Origin: Gemmatimonadota bacterium
Lineage (GTDB): Bacteria; Gemmatimonadota; Gemmatimonadetes; Gemmatimonadales; GWC2-71-9
Assembly (NCBI GenBank): GCA_036679605.1
Contig: JAZDCZ010000011.1
Location: 64,001-128,000, forward strand
Reading direction: 5' to 3'
DNA: 64,000 nt
Position numbers and translations under genes: made by a program. The notes beneath the pieces are model-generated. The model saw only the letters and a list, made by a program, of their open reading frames with translations. It had not been told where the DNA came from and made no database searches. Of this stretch, positions 17,903 through 28,606 are shown piece after piece (position 1 is the first letter of the stretch; every line of letters starts with the position of its first letter).

Positions 17903-20011
17903 ATGCCGGATTCGTCGTCACCAGCGCGACCCTTCACGACGCTGTTTGCCATAGCTGTAGCGCTCGCGACCTCGATCCCGTCGTCGGTGGTTGGCCAATC
18001 CGCGGGCGAGGTGTCCGGTCGTAAGGTGATTACCTTTGCGGACCTTCAAACCATCCGAGGTGCGACGGGACTCAAGCTTTCCCCAGATGGCGAGCGCATT
18101 GTGTTTCAGCAAGGCGGGGCGATCTGGATCCTATCGACGGCGCCGGGTGGCGTGCCCCGCGAGGCTGCCACGGGATCTCATCCGACCTGGTCTCCCACGG
18201 GGACGGCGCTGGCGTTCTACGGAAGGTCCGCGGAGTCTAACGAACTGCAGGTCTTCAAGTACGACCTACTAGCAGATCGGAGAGAGCAGGTTACGAACGT
18301 GAAGGGCGGCGTGATCGCGGATAGAATCGACTGGTCCGTCGAGGACAAGCTCGTTTTCTCGGCCCAGGTGCCGTTCGACGCCACCTCGGATTCCGCTGCG
18401 CGCCCGGTACCTGAGCCGGCGTCGACCGAACGGGGAACGCCTCTGGTCCTGCGGCAGGGTAGTCCCGACGGTCACGCGCTCGCCGGCATCCTGGCCGCGG
18501 TCAGTGGGCCGCGCTCTCAGGTGGTGGAAACGGTGAGCGAGTTGTTTGTGCACGACTTGGCAGCGGGCGGGACGAGACAGTTGACCCACGACGCGGCCGG
18601 CTATTACAGTCCGGCATGGTCGCCCGATGGCGAGAGGATCGTGTGTGCCTCGCGGGACGGCGTTTACGAAGCCACGCTCTACCTCATCGACGGCGTCACC
18701 GGGGAGCGAACCCTTCTCGTGCCGGGCCTCGAGACGAAGAAGTTCAATCCCACTTGGTCTCCGGATGGCCGCCAAGTCGCCTACATCTATCACTCGTTCA
18801 CCGACAGTGACATCCATGGGGCCGCGGTCGTCGCGGCGGACGGAAGCGGGACCATTGGCGAAGGCTCCGGGGTGCTCTCAGCTCTGGTCGAGGATCTGGC
18901 CTGGTCGGCGGACGGCCGTTCGTTGTTGGTCAGCTACACCGACGGCGTCGCCAAGCCCGTCTTTAAGGTCGATGTCGCAACCGGCGAAACCCGGACGGTG
19001 GGCAGCGCCCACCAGGCGGCATTCACGGGCACGCTCACCGTCTCTCGCTCCGGTGCGGTGGCGTGGGCAGAGGGCCGAGGCGACACCCCGTTCGCGATGC
19101 GGCTGCTGCGTCCAGGGAGCAGCGAGGCCGAGGAGATCTACGATCCCAACCCGCAGGTACGAACCTGGGCGCTCGGCGAGCAGGAAGTGGTGCGCTGGAA
19201 GAACAGTCGCGGCCATGACCGCGCCGGCATCTTGATCAAACCCGCCGGATACGACTCAGGCGTCCGCTACCCGCTCGTCGTCTCGGCATACTCGCAGGGG
19301 ACCCATCTGAACGGCTTCCAACGAGTCACGGACCCGGGGTTCGCGAATCAGGCGTACGCGTCGCGCGGGTATGCGGTGTTCTTTCCGGGTCCGCGACTGC
19401 CCTGGATGTACGGAGCCGCAGCAAGGTCGGAAGCCGAGTCGGAGGCGATACGCGGTGCGGACGGTTGGGACCTGACCGTTGATGACGTCGAATCGGGTGT
19501 CGATGTACTGATAGAGCGAGGCATCGCCGACCCGGACCGCCTCGCCGTCATGGGCTATAGCAACGGTGGCGCGGCGGTGGCGGCGCTCATCACCAGAACG
19601 AGCCGTTACCGGGCCGCCGTCGCAGTGGCCCCGGCGAATCTCAACTGGGTTCAGCAGGCGCTGTTTCAGGACAACATGTCCGGGCGGTGGCTTTCTACAA
19701 AGACCTTCACCGGAATCGGCGAGGAGCTGTGGGAAAACCCCATGGCCTACGTGCGGGGTTCGCTCGTCTTTCAGATGCGTAACGTGGAGACACCGGTGCT
19801 GTTGGCCGTGGGTGATCTGGACCACCCGTCGTTCGCGCTGCCGACCATCGAGGCGTATCTGGCGCTACGCCGTGAGGGCAAGGACGTGACGTTGCTGCGG
19901 TATCCGGACCAACGGCACTCGTTCCATGGTCGTGCCCACCAAGATCTGCGAGACCGGATCATGGCCTTTGTCGAGCGACATCTCGCCCGGCAGGACGAGG
20001 CGGGGTCCTGA
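17903..20011 (+). CDS. S9 (prolyl oligopeptidase/acylaminoacyl peptidase) family peptidase with TolB-like propeller, exported
   Basis: WSPDG repeats and catalytic triad motifs GYSNG, GDLD, YPDQRHSF. Start set at ATG 17903 after an AGGAG SD. Confidence 0.9.
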   Translation: MPDSSSPARPFTTLFAIAVALATSIPSSVVGQSAGEVSGRKVITFADLQTIRGATGLKLSPDGERIVFQQGGAIWILSTAPGGVPREAATGSHPTWSPTGTALAFYGRSAESNELQVFKYDLLADRREQVTNVKGGVIADRIDWSVEDKLVFSAQVPFDATSDSAARPVPEPASTERGTPLVLRQGSPDGHALAGILAAVSGPRSQVVETVSELFVHDLAAGGTRQLTHDAAGYYSPAWSPDGERIVCASRDGVYEATLYLIDGVTGERTLLVPGLETKKFNPTWSPDGRQVAYIYHSFTDSDIHGAAVVAADGSGTIGEGSGVLSALVEDLAWSADGRSLLVSYTDGVAKPVFKVDVATGETRTVGSAHQAAFTGTLTVSRSGAVAWAEGRGDTPFAMRLLRPGSSEAEEIYDPNPQVRTWALGEQEVVRWKNSRGHDRAGILIKPAGYDSGVRYPLVVSAYSQGTHLNGFQRVTDPGFANQAYASRGYAVFFPGPRLPWMYGAAARSEAESEAIRGADGWDLTVDDVESGVDVLIERGIADPDRLAVMGYSNGGAAVAALITRTSRYRAAVAVAPANLNWVQQALFQDNMSGRWLSTKTFTGIGEELWENPMAYVRGSLVFQMRNVETPVLLAVGDLDHPSFALPTIEAYLALRREGKDVTLLRYPDQRHSFHGRAHQDLRDRIMAFVERHLARQDEAGS

Positions 20012-20219
20012 GTTGGGCCGGAAAACCTGAGCTGGCTGACGCAGCCTGATCGGGTTACCGTGGGTTAACGCGATCTGACAGGTCATGCACCAGTGCGACA
20101 TGCGGCAATACGAGTCGCACCGGGACACGAGGACCGGCCCATCTCTAGGTCTATCAACCGGACCTGGATAGACGTCCAATAACCGGCAAGAGGTGAGCCG
20201 CACCAAAACGAGGTGAGAG

Positions 20220-20585
20220 ATGGCCAGGGCTCTCGGTGAGTTCGAGCTACTGATGCTGTTCGCGGTGCTCCGCTTGGGTGCCGGCGCGTACGGAGTCGCT
20301 ATCCGACAGGAGATCGCACGCCAGACCAACCGTGACGTGTCGGCTGGCGCCGTCTATACAGGGCTCGACCGGCTGCAGGCCAGAGGGTATGTGTCGTCCT
20401 GGGAGGCCGAGACTGCTCCTGCGCGGGGGGGCCGTCGTCGCAAGTACTACCAACTGGAGCCGGAGGGGGCCGCGGCTCTGGAACAGAGCTATCGGAACAT
20501 CCATCGGATGGCGAAGGGTATCCTGGCCGAGCTTGCAGATCTCAACGGAGCCCAGGGGCGCCTCACGGTCGATGGCAGCAAATGA
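20220..20585 (+). CDS. PadR-family repressor #2 (class B)
   Basis: LGEFELLMLFAVLRLG..AYGVAIRQEI...GAVYTGLDRL...RGGRRRKYY. Confidence 0.92.
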   Translation: MARALGEFELLMLFAVLRLGAGAYGVAIRQEIARQTNRDVSAGAVYTGLDRLQARGYVSSWEAETAPARGGRRRKYYQLEPEGAAALEQSYRNIHRMAKGILAELADLNGAQGRLTVDGSK

Positions 20586-23263
20586 GCTTTCGGCCTCCGC
20601 TTCTTGCCTGTCTCGTCCTCCGGCTCATCCCCCAGCCGCACCGCGACTATGTATCGGGAGATCTCCACGAGGAGTACGCCGAGTCCGTGCTACCTTGTCG
20701 CGGCCGCTTTGCCGCCTCGATGTGGTTTTTCGGTCAGTCAGTCCGGACGGTGATCGCATTTGTGCATAGACCGCCGATCACGATGCGGAGACGGACGAGG
20801 CTCTGGCCCGCTCGAGAGGTACGCTTCGCATACCGATCGCTTCGGCGGTGCCCGGGCTTCGCACTGCTGGCCGTCGCGACCCTCGCGGTAGGTATCGGCG
20901 CGACCACATCGGTGTTCAGCGCCGCCAACTGGATTCTCTTTCGACCCGTCCCGGGCGTGAGAAATCCAGGCGGAATCGTCGTCGTGTCGTTCCAGAACAC
21001 GGAGGGCGAAGCTACAGGTGTAAGCCGCGTCAATCTCCAGGATCTCGCCTCGTCCACCCCGGGGCTAACCCACATGGCGGGGCACACGACGCTCGCCATC
21101 CAGGCTTCCTCGGCAGTGCTCTCACCCATCGCGCTTCTGGGTGAGGCGGTCAACGGAGACTACTTCGAGCTCCTCGGCGTAAGGGCCGAGCTGGGCCGCG
21201 TCATCAGCCGCGCAGAAGCCGACGACGGCGTGTCAGAGGCCGTCACGGTGTTGAGCTACGATCTGTGGAACCGTGAGTTCGGGCGGTCACCGGACGTCGT
21301 CGGCTCGACGGTCCGGCTGAACGGCCATCCGTTTAGGGTCGTGGGGGTGACAGATCGTCGTTTCCAGGGTGTCGATCGCATGGCCAGCGTGGACCTGTGG
21401 GTGCCCGGCGCCCGTTACGCGGACCTACGCCACGCCCCTGCGGCGTTGGGTTGGACCACCGACAGCCGCGCGCCGAGGATCTTCACGGGCGTGCTTGGTC
21501 GACTCGCCGACGGGGTGAAGCCGGGCGTCGTTGAGAATCAGCTGAGGACGGCCATGGCAGGCCTTTCTGGAGCCTATCCCGACGAGAACGGGATCTACGA
21601 GGTATACGTCCCCACCGTGTTCGAGGGGATCGGCCTCGAGCCGTGGCTCCGCGGGAGCGTCACGGCCACAGTTCGCACATTCTTCGCCGTCGCTGCCATC
21701 GTCCTTCTCATAGGGTGCGCGAACGTCGCCAACCTCCTGATCGTGCGAGGCGTGAGGCGCAGATGCGAGATCGCTCTGCGCCGGGCGCTGGGGGCGGCCA
21801 AGGGACAGCTGTATCTGCAGCACCTTATCGAGAGTCTGCTCCTTTCGGTTCCGGCCACGCTTCTTGGGCTTTGGTTCGCAACGGCGTTAAATCGCTTCGT
21901 TTGGTCCGCCGGCTTCTTGACCACGGGTCCGCTCCCCACGATCGCAGTGGATGGGCGGGTGGCCGCCTTTGCTGGGGGGGTCGCGGTGCTCACCACCTTG
22001 TCTTTCGGCCTCGTGCCTGCGCTGGCGGCGTCGGGTGTGGACGTAGTCGAACACCTCAAGGTGTCGGCGCGTACCGCCTCGCGCAGGGTCACCCTCCTCC
22101 AGGGCTCTCTGACCGTCGTGCAGCTCGCGCTCTCGCTGTCGCTCCTGACCGCCGCCGTCGGTCTCGTGCGAACCGTCGTCAATCTCCATCACGTGGACCT
22201 CGGCTTCTCTCCCGAGGGCATCACGCTCTACACTCTGGATCCGGCGCCCCAAGGCTATTCGAGCGACGCCTTCGCGGACTTCCACCTGGATGTCCTCCAA
22301 GCGGTTCGGCGGGTCCCTGGCGTGACCGCGTCCGCCGCCGTCTACGAACCATTCAGCGGTCTGCTGACCTTCGTCCGCGTCAACCCACCGGACAAGAGTG
22401 CCGAGCCCATTCGGGTGCGCGGCAACTGGATAGCCGACGAATATTTCGAGGTCATGGGGATTCCGATCCTCGAAGGACGCGGATTCCGTCCGAACGCAAT
22501 CCGCTCGGGGTCCAGAGATGCTTCGGACGCAGCGATCCTGAGCGAGCGCATGGCCTACGACCTTTTCGGGCACCGAAGTGCCATAGGAAGGACTGTCACG
22601 GTAGGCTCGTTTTCCGGTACCGTGGTGCGACGGGTCGTGGGTGTCGTCGGAGACGTCGTGAGTTGGGATCGCCGGAGCAACCCTCCGGCGATGGTCTACC
22701 TTCCCCTTGCGGATATGCCCATTGGTTGGGCAACGCTCCTGATCAGGACCCCGATGCCGCGGGATGCTCTCGACCGGGCCGTGGTCGAAGCGGTGGCGGA
22801 CGTGGATCCTAACGTTCCCATCACTCGCTCGGATGCGATGACGAACCGAGTCGAGCGCAGCCTGGCCCAGGAGCTCTCGCTCACACGGCTTGTCCGGCTG
22901 CTCGCCGCCCTGGCTGCTGGGCTCGCCGGGGTCGGCCTCTATTCCGTCATCGCATACGTGACCGCCGAACGCACGAAGGAGTTCGGAATCCGAGTGGCGC
23001 TGGGCGCCAGCCGCGGAGGTATCGTCCGGATCGTCATGCGCCGGTCCTTGTTGTTCGGAGCCATTGGGGTCGTTTTGGGTGTCATGGCCAGCGCGGCTTT
23101 CTCGCAGGTGTTCAGGAACCGGCTTTTCGGAGTCGACGTGCTTGACCCGGCCAGCCTTGGCCTCGCCGCGGCCGCGTTGCTCGCGCTGAGCACCGCCGCT
23201 GCCGTGGCCCCAGCCCTGACGGCGCTGGGTGTCGATCCCGTGAAGAGCTTGGGGAGCGAGTAG
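20582..23263 (+). CDS. ADOP-type duplicated permease #2 (class B leader)
   Basis: ATGA overlap with padR. Leader PPLLACLVLRLIP...GDLHEEY. Motifs LAVGIGATTSVFS, CANVANLL, RTKEFGIRVALGA, VDP C-terminus. Confidence 0.92.
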   Translation: MSFRPPLLACLVLRLIPQPHRDYVSGDLHEEYAESVLPCRGRFAASMWFFGQSVRTVIAFVHRPPITMRRRTRLWPAREVRFAYRSLRRCPGFALLAVATLAVGIGATTSVFSAANWILFRPVPGVRNPGGIVVVSFQNTEGEATGVSRVNLQDLASSTPGLTHMAGHTTLAIQASSAVLSPIALLGEAVNGDYFELLGVRAELGRVISRAEADDGVSEAVTVLSYDLWNREFGRSPDVVGSTVRLNGHPFRVVGVTDRRFQGVDRMASVDLWVPGARYADLRHAPAALGWTTDSRAPRIFTGVLGRLADGVKPGVVENQLRTAMAGLSGAYPDENGIYEVYVPTVFEGIGLEPWLRGSVTATVRTFFAVAAIVLLIGCANVANLLIVRGVRRRCEIALRRALGAAKGQLYLQHLIESLLLSVPATLLGLWFATALNRFVWSAGFLTTGPLPTIAVDGRVAAFAGGVAVLTTLSFGLVPALAASGVDVVEHLKVSARTASRRVTLLQGSLTVVQLALSLSLLTAAVGLVRTVVNLHHVDLGFSPEGITLYTLDPAPQGYSSDAFADFHLDVLQAVRRVPGVTASAAVYEPFSGLLTFVRVNPPDKSAEPIRVRGNWIADEYFEVMGIPILEGRGFRPNAIRSGSRDASDAAILSERMAYDLFGHRSAIGRTVTVGSFSGTVVRRVVGVVGDVVSWDRRSNPPAMVYLPLADMPIGWATLLIRTPMPRDALDRAVVEAVADVDPNVPITRSDAMTNRVERSLAQELSLTRLVRLLAALAAGLAGVGLYSVIAYVTAERTKEFGIRVALGASRGGIVRIVMRRSLLFGAIGVVLGVMASAAFSQVFRNRLFGVDVLDPASLGLAAAALLALSTAAAVAPALTALGVDPVKSLGSE

Positions 23264-23426
23264 CATTACGCCGTAAGTGCAAATGCGGGCTCTCGCGCGA
23301 AGGCACGCATCCAGGCAGCCGATCCAAATTCCTTACAACAATTGGTGTTGCGGACGCGTCTAAAGAGGAATGAAGGCGGAGCATTATGTGTAGGAAGACA
23401 ATGTCTATTTCCCCTGAGAGGCTCGC

Positions 23427-24842
23427 ATGAACCTAGTGCCGACGTCGTCCCGGATCGCCGTTGCCCTTGTTCTTCTCTTCGTGGTGCGGGTCACACCCCA
23501 GCAACCCGAGCGCTTGGGTCTCGCGACGACTCGGGACGGGTCTCTCAAGGGCTCGGTCATGCACGAGATCACGAACATGTCCGAGCTTCCGGCCACCGAG
23601 GTGCCGCTGAACGTGGGCAGGCTTCTGACCGTGATCTCCGTCCGGGGACCGGATGGCCGATCACTGGAGTTCGAGCAGAATGTGGCGGTCTTCACGGACT
23701 CGCCTCGCCAGCAGGTGACCCACGTTCGGATCCGTCTTCCACAGGCGCTCGAGCCTGGCGGGCAAACGCGCTTGACGCTCGAGTACGGAGGGTACCTCGT
23801 CGGCTACACGGAGACCGGATCGCTCTACATTCAAGATCGCATCCACGAAGATTTTTCCATCCTCCGGGAGGATGCTTTTGCCTGGCCGGCACTGGGCACG
23901 CTGACGCGCAGTGTGAACTGGGTCGCGCCGCGCTCGGATTTCGATTTCGTCGCACGGATGAACGTGCCCGACCGATTCACCGTGGCCAGCGGCGGAACAC
24001 TCGTGGAGCGGACCGTCCAGAATGGCCGCGCGACGTTTGTCTATGCGAGCGTCGCTCCGGTCCCCTTCCTGAACCTCCCGATTGCCGAGTTCGGGATGAC
24101 GGAGCGTGCCGGCGTTCGCGTTTACTTCCTCCCCGAGGACTCAGTGGGCGCTCAGAGAGTGTTGGAGCGTGCGGTCGGAGGCCTCGCGCTCCTGGAGAGT
24201 TGGTTCGGCCCTCTTGGTGTGGAACCCGACCTGGCGGTGATGGAGATCCCGGACATGTGGGGATCTCAGGCCAGCCTGACGGGGGGCATCATCCAGACGG
24301 CCAGTGCCTTCAAGGATGTGCGATACATGTCGCAGCTCTATCACGAACTCACGCACTTGTGGAATGCGCCGGACACTGATCGGCCCTCCGCCCGTTGGAA
24401 CGAGGGATTGGCCACCTACCTGTCGCGACGCATGGCCGCGCGGCTGGACAGTTGGGATGGCATGGAGAAGTACGCGCAGGACATTGTCACGGGGCTATTG
24501 GAGAACGCCGGGCGCACTCCCGAGGTAGCGGCTGTCCCGTTCGGGCGATACGGGGAAGCCGGCGTGACCGGACTGTCCTACCGAGTGGGCTTTCTCATGT
24601 TCTATCTGCTCCACGGATCCCTGGGAGACGAAGCCTTTGACGCCGCCGTGGGAGGTCACTACCAGGCGCACAGAGAGACGGGCGGTTCCTTCGAGGATCT
24701 GCTCGCGCGACTGGACGCGGCCGCCGACAAAGATCTGACGCCTTTCTTCCGGGATTGGGTGCATACGACGGCCTGGTATGACAGGCTCGCAGACGGGGCG
24801 AGCCTGTCCGAGCTCGGCCCTTCCTCCACCTATTCGCCCTAG
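23427..24842 (+). CDS. M1-like (gluzincin) aminopeptidase
   Basis: HELTH followed by WNEGLA (third zinc ligand), downstream SYRVG tyrosine and DLTPFFRDWV. Signal-peptide-like N-terminus. Confidence 0.8.
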   Translation: MNLVPTSSRIAVALVLLFVVRVTPQQPERLGLATTRDGSLKGSVMHEITNMSELPATEVPLNVGRLLTVISVRGPDGRSLEFEQNVAVFTDSPRQQVTHVRIRLPQALEPGGQTRLTLEYGGYLVGYTETGSLYIQDRIHEDFSILREDAFAWPALGTLTRSVNWVAPRSDFDFVARMNVPDRFTVASGGTLVERTVQNGRATFVYASVAPVPFLNLPIAEFGMTERAGVRVYFLPEDSVGAQRVLERAVGGLALLESWFGPLGVEPDLAVMEIPDMWGSQASLTGGIIQTASAFKDVRYMSQLYHELTHLWNAPDTDRPSARWNEGLATYLSRRMAARLDSWDGMEKYAQDIVTGLLENAGRTPEVAAVPFGRYGEAGVTGLSYRVGFLMFYLLHGSLGDEAFDAAVGGHYQAHRETGGSFEDLLARLDAAADKDLTPFFRDWVHTTAWYDRLADGASLSELGPSSTYSP

Positions 24843-24865
24843 CCGGCTGTGGTCGCGTTACAAGA

Positions 24866-25111
24866 ATGGCAACCGCATCTGATCCGGAACCAACCGGCGG
24901 CCCGTGCGAGGCGGAGCCCCAGAAACGACTGTTGAGTCAACTTCGAGAAATCGGCTTCGACGAGATCCTCTACGGATCGGACTGGACCTCTCCAAGATCA
25001 CTGTCCGAGCGACAGATGTTCTTGAGATTGGCCCTAATGGGGATCACCGACAGCGAATGGGAGATCATCCTGAGTAACCAGGCTCCATTTTTATTGCAGA
25101 CACCCCCATGA
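24866..25111 (+). pseudogene. C-terminal fragment of an amidohydrolase-family protein
   Basis: LREIGFDEILYGSDW...WEIILSN resembles the last strand and helices of the amidohydrolase_2 barrel. Only 81 aa, with no N-terminal HxH motif. Confidence 0.55.
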
Positions 25112-25293
25112 TTCTCGCGGCAGGGCAAGGACCGTACATTCCTGCGTAAAGGGCGCCTTTGTTTGTTTCACCGGTGCCCGAATGACGCATGTGAGCTGTG
25201 GATCCTGGAAACCCGAATTGTTTTGGAGCTTCGCTATCGTGCCCACGAAGGCCGTGTATGAGAGTCGCAGTGATGGTCTGGTTCGAGTGCTAG

Positions 25294-27993
25294 TCACCCA
25301 TCGCGCAGTACCACGATCGGATCGACCGTCGTTGCGTGACGTGCGGGTAGGAATACAGCAACCATTGTGACTACCGCGACCGCGATGACTGCTGAAAGAA
25401 ACGCAGGTAGGTCATTGGGGCTGACACCGAACAGTGTGTCCTGTAGCGTACGGCTTAACACAAGGCCGGCCGGCACGCCTACAGCCACGCCGATCGCTAG
25501 CAGCAAGAGTCCCTGCCGTAGCACGAGAGCTAACACCCGTGGTGATGCTGCACCGAGCGCGATACGGATCCCGATTTCGCGTGCGCGGGTGGCGACTGCG
25601 TGCGCGATCACACCGTATGTCCCAACTGCAGCCAACACGAGGCCCAACGCACCCAACAGGTATACGGATACTGCAGTGGCTAGCGCAGGCGATAGACCGG
25701 CGCGCACCTGGCTTTCAAGCGTCTTGATGGCGTAAGCCGGCACGTTGGGATCGACCGCTGCGATCGCCCGCCGTACGGAAGAGGTCATCTCGGACATGTC
25801 GCCGCCGGCCGAACGGATATGATAGGTGAGACCTGATGAGTATTCGGGATCCAGCGGCAAGAAGATCGAAGGGCGCGGAGTTGTGAAGAGGGTTCTCCCC
25901 ACGTTCAGATCTTCGACGACGCCGATTACCGTCGTGCGCTCGGCCGTTGGTTCGCCTAGAATGAGCTGCTTGCCGAGTGCGTCTTGGCCTGGCCAGAATT
26001 GCAGCGCAGCAGTCTTGTTCACTATCACCGAACTTGACTCCTGCACATCTTGTGAACTAAAGTCGCGGCCCCGCAGCAGCGGGATCTTCATTGTCTCGAA
26101 GTATTTTGGCGTCACAACATTCCCCGTGACCCTTCGGGCGTGTGCTGAGTCGGTAGCCCCTTCCGGCCACACGTCAGTACCAAACCGCATTCGGCCGAAT
26201 GGCACTGTCCAAGCAGCGCTCACCGATGACACCGCAGGCGAAGCATCAAGTGTTTCGAGAACGAGCCTGTGGAACTCGGCGCCCTCAGGTCGGGCATACC
26301 CGCCAGGTGCGGGATTCACGGACGCGAGCAATACGTTCTGCGGATCGAAGCCGAGATCCAACGAAAGCTGCTTTACGGCACTGCGTCCGAGCAGACCGGC
26401 GCAGGAGAGGACCGCTACGGACACCGCTATCTGTGAGACCGACAGGACGTTTCTAATTGTCGTCGCTTCTTTACCGTGGGCGGCCCTACTGGTCTTGAGT
26501 GCAGTGCCGATGTCTGAGCGCGACGCGTGATACGCTGGTAGTAGGCCGACCAAGAACGTGAGTATGGGAGCGAGAACCAGGAGAAGCACAAGCACACGCG
26601 GGTCAAGCGTTATGTCCAAGTCGAGCGGCAAGATCCGAGAGAACCGCCAATTTCGTGCGAAGCCGTCGAGCCAACTTCCAGCTGCGCCCCCCAGTAGGAG
26701 AGCAGGGAAGGTGAGCACGACCGCCTCTATTGCTAGCTGTTGTACCAGCCGGATACGCGCCGCCCCAAGCGCAAGTCGAACCGCGATCTCTGCGCGGCGA
26801 GCGACGATTCTGGCCAGGAACATGTTTGCGACGTTCGCACAGGCCAATAGCAGTATCAGCGCGACCACCGCAGATAGCATGAGGGCCACAGCTGACAACT
26901 CACCACGGTTGCCGGGCCAAATCATCGCCTTGTTGGCGGGCATCAGCCTGGCGGTCCAGCCGCCTTGAAGCTCCGGGTACTGTCTGGCCAGGCCCGACGC
27001 GAACGCCTGGGTCTCACTCGTTGCTTGCTCGAAGCTTGCGCTGGGAGCGAGTCGGCCGACCGCCTCGATCGAATGATTCCCTCTTTGCATGAGGATATCA
27101 TCGGAGCCTTGGGGAAGCGCTTTGGCCCGCGCCGACAGCGGCAACCAGACCTGAGTAGTGCCACCGAGATCCAACCCCTCGAAGTCGTGAGGCGCCACGC
27201 CTACAACGATGAAACTTTGACCGTTCAGCGTGATAGCGGTGCCAATTACATCGGGGCTCTCGCCAAACTCGCGCTGCCACATCCGGTAGCTCAACACGAC
27301 CGTCGATTCGTCTTCGTTCTCCCCTTCCACAAAACCTCTTCCAAGTGCTGGCTTCACTCCCAAAACGGTGAAGTAGTTCCGTGAGACCAGCTGCCCATCG
27401 ATCCGATCGCTCCCGTTTCCTCGGTTCAGGTTCAGCGCGACATCCGCGTAGGCGGCGATCCCTGTGAAAGCCCGCAACCCTTCCGCATAATCGCGGTATG
27501 CCGGCAGGGACAGGCTGCTGTAGTACTTCTGCTCGATAGAGTACTGGAACAAGGAGACCAGTCGATCGGGATCCTTCACCGGCAGGCGGGGGAACAACGT
27601 CGCCATCGCCAGATTGAAAATGGCCACGTTGGCCGCCACTCCCAAGGTCAGTGTCATGACGGCCGCGCCGGCAAACGCGGGCCGCTTCAAGAAGCTCCGA
27701 ATGGCAAAGCGAAGATCCTGGACTATCGTGCTGGTCATGTTGCGCGGCCCTTGTGAGATCCAGCCCCTCCAAAGGGTGGCAACCGATGCGACCCGCTCCA
27801 GGAGTCCCGCTAGTGCGAAGTCAAACAAACTGACCATGAGATTGAAGATCCATTGAATCGGAGCTGCCTTCTCTGCCTCCCGGAGGTCACGTTCCAGCTG
27901 ACAGATCGCGTCATGGCCATACTCACGCCTGAAGCGACGCGGGTAGAGGAGCAGAAGCAGTTCGTGGAGAATCGATCTAGTCTTCTCCGACAC
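25294..27993 (-). CDS. ADOP-type duplicated permease #3 (class C leader)
   Basis: Leader LLLLYPRRFRREYG. Motifs QDLRFAIR, CANVANMF, RAREIGIRIALGA, PARHATTVDP. Confidence 0.92.
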   Translation of the reverse strand: MSEKTRSILHELLLLLYPRRFRREYGHDAICQLERDLREAEKAAPIQWIFNLMVSLFDFALAGLLERVASVATLWRGWISQGPRNMTSTIVQDLRFAIRSFLKRPAFAGAAVMTLTLGVAANVAIFNLAMATLFPRLPVKDPDRLVSLFQYSIEQKYYSSLSLPAYRDYAEGLRAFTGIAAYADVALNLNRGNGSDRIDGQLVSRNYFTVLGVKPALGRGFVEGENEDESTVVLSYRMWQREFGESPDVIGTAITLNGQSFIVVGVAPHDFEGLDLGGTTQVWLPLSARAKALPQGSDDILMQRGNHSIEAVGRLAPSASFEQATSETQAFASGLARQYPELQGGWTARLMPANKAMIWPGNRGELSAVALMLSAVVALILLLACANVANMFLARIVARRAEIAVRLALGAARIRLVQQLAIEAVVLTFPALLLGGAAGSWLDGFARNWRFSRILPLDLDITLDPRVLVLLLVLAPILTFLVGLLPAYHASRSDIGTALKTSRAAHGKEATTIRNVLSVSQIAVSVAVLSCAGLLGRSAVKQLSLDLGFDPQNVLLASVNPAPGGYARPEGAEFHRLVLETLDASPAVSSVSAAWTVPFGRMRFGTDVWPEGATDSAHARRVTGNVVTPKYFETMKIPLLRGRDFSSQDVQESSSVIVNKTAALQFWPGQDALGKQLILGEPTAERTTVIGVVEDLNVGRTLFTTPRPSIFLPLDPEYSSGLTYHIRSAGGDMSEMTSSVRRAIAAVDPNVPAYAIKTLESQVRAGLSPALATAVSVYLLGALGLVLAAVGTYGVIAHAVATRAREIGIRIALGAASPRVLALVLRQGLLLLAIGVAVGVPAGLVLSRTLQDTLFGVSPNDLPAFLSAVIAVAVVTMVAVFLPARHATTVDPIVVLRDG

Positions 27994-28004
27994 AGCTAGC
28001 CGCC

Positions 28005-28355
28005 TTAACCTGTCAGCAGGCTGGCGCGCGCTACCTGGACCAGAGTTGAGAGGCGGTCGGTTTCCGCACGAGCGGCCCGGCTACCGAGTCGAGTCAGGCG
28101 AAAGTAGCGACGTCGTTCATCGTCCAACGCGGGATCCGGCCTGCGATTGGATTCCTCTATAAGGCCTAGATCGACCAACTGTCTAATTGACCGGTACAGT
28201 GTTCCTGCTCCAAGTCGGACCCTGTCATCGGTCCTGAGGGCAATTTCCTTCTTGAGCCCGTAGCCATGGCGGTCGCCGTCGTTTAGGGCCAGGAGGATCA
28301 GGTAAAGAGCCGGCTTCAAAGGCAGCAGGTTGTCTACATCGGGCTTTTTCTTCAT
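28005..28355 (-). CDS. PadR-family repressor #3 (class C)
   Basis: LPLKPALYLILLAL.DGDRHGYG...GAGTLYRSI...DDERRRYFRLT. Confidence 0.92.
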   Translation of the reverse strand: MKKKPDVDNLLPLKPALYLILLALNDGDRHGYGLKKEIALRTDDRVRLGAGTLYRSIRQLVDLGLIEESNRRPDPALDDERRRYFRLTRLGSRAARAETDRLSTLVQVARASLLTG

Positions 28356-28425
28356 ATGCACCTAGTTGGCTCTCTTTGGTACTCGAGGAATTACCGAATC
28401 CGGAAGAGTTTCTTGACCCGACCGG

Positions 28426-28483
28426 CTAGTACCAATGTGTATTACTAGTGCCATATTATATGTATAGAGTTCCCCGTTTTCAA
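28426..28483 (-). promoter_or_regulatory. sigma70 promoter of padR #3 with 19-bp-spaced repeats
   Basis: Minus strand TTGAAA (28483-28478)-17bp-TATAAT (28460-28455). CTAGTACCA at 28426 and CTAGTGCCA at 28445 lie immediately downstream. Confidence 0.75.
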
Positions 28484-28606
28484 GTCGGCCGCTACTCGCG
28501 CGAGTATAGGTGGCTCGTCTGACATTTTCAGACATTCGCAAACAAATACGAGAACTCGCCTTCCTAACCTAGAGTGAATCCGCACTGGCCAACCTCCAGA
28601 GCTACT

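Noticed and set aside
21643..23266. Long alternative-frame ORFs (389 aa +, 459 aa -) over permease #2, and similar ones such as 23342-24379, 54307-55104 and 12820-13635
   Set aside because: They overlap well-supported genes, are Arg/Gly/Pro-rich without motifs, and are typical shadow ORFs in high-GC DNA.
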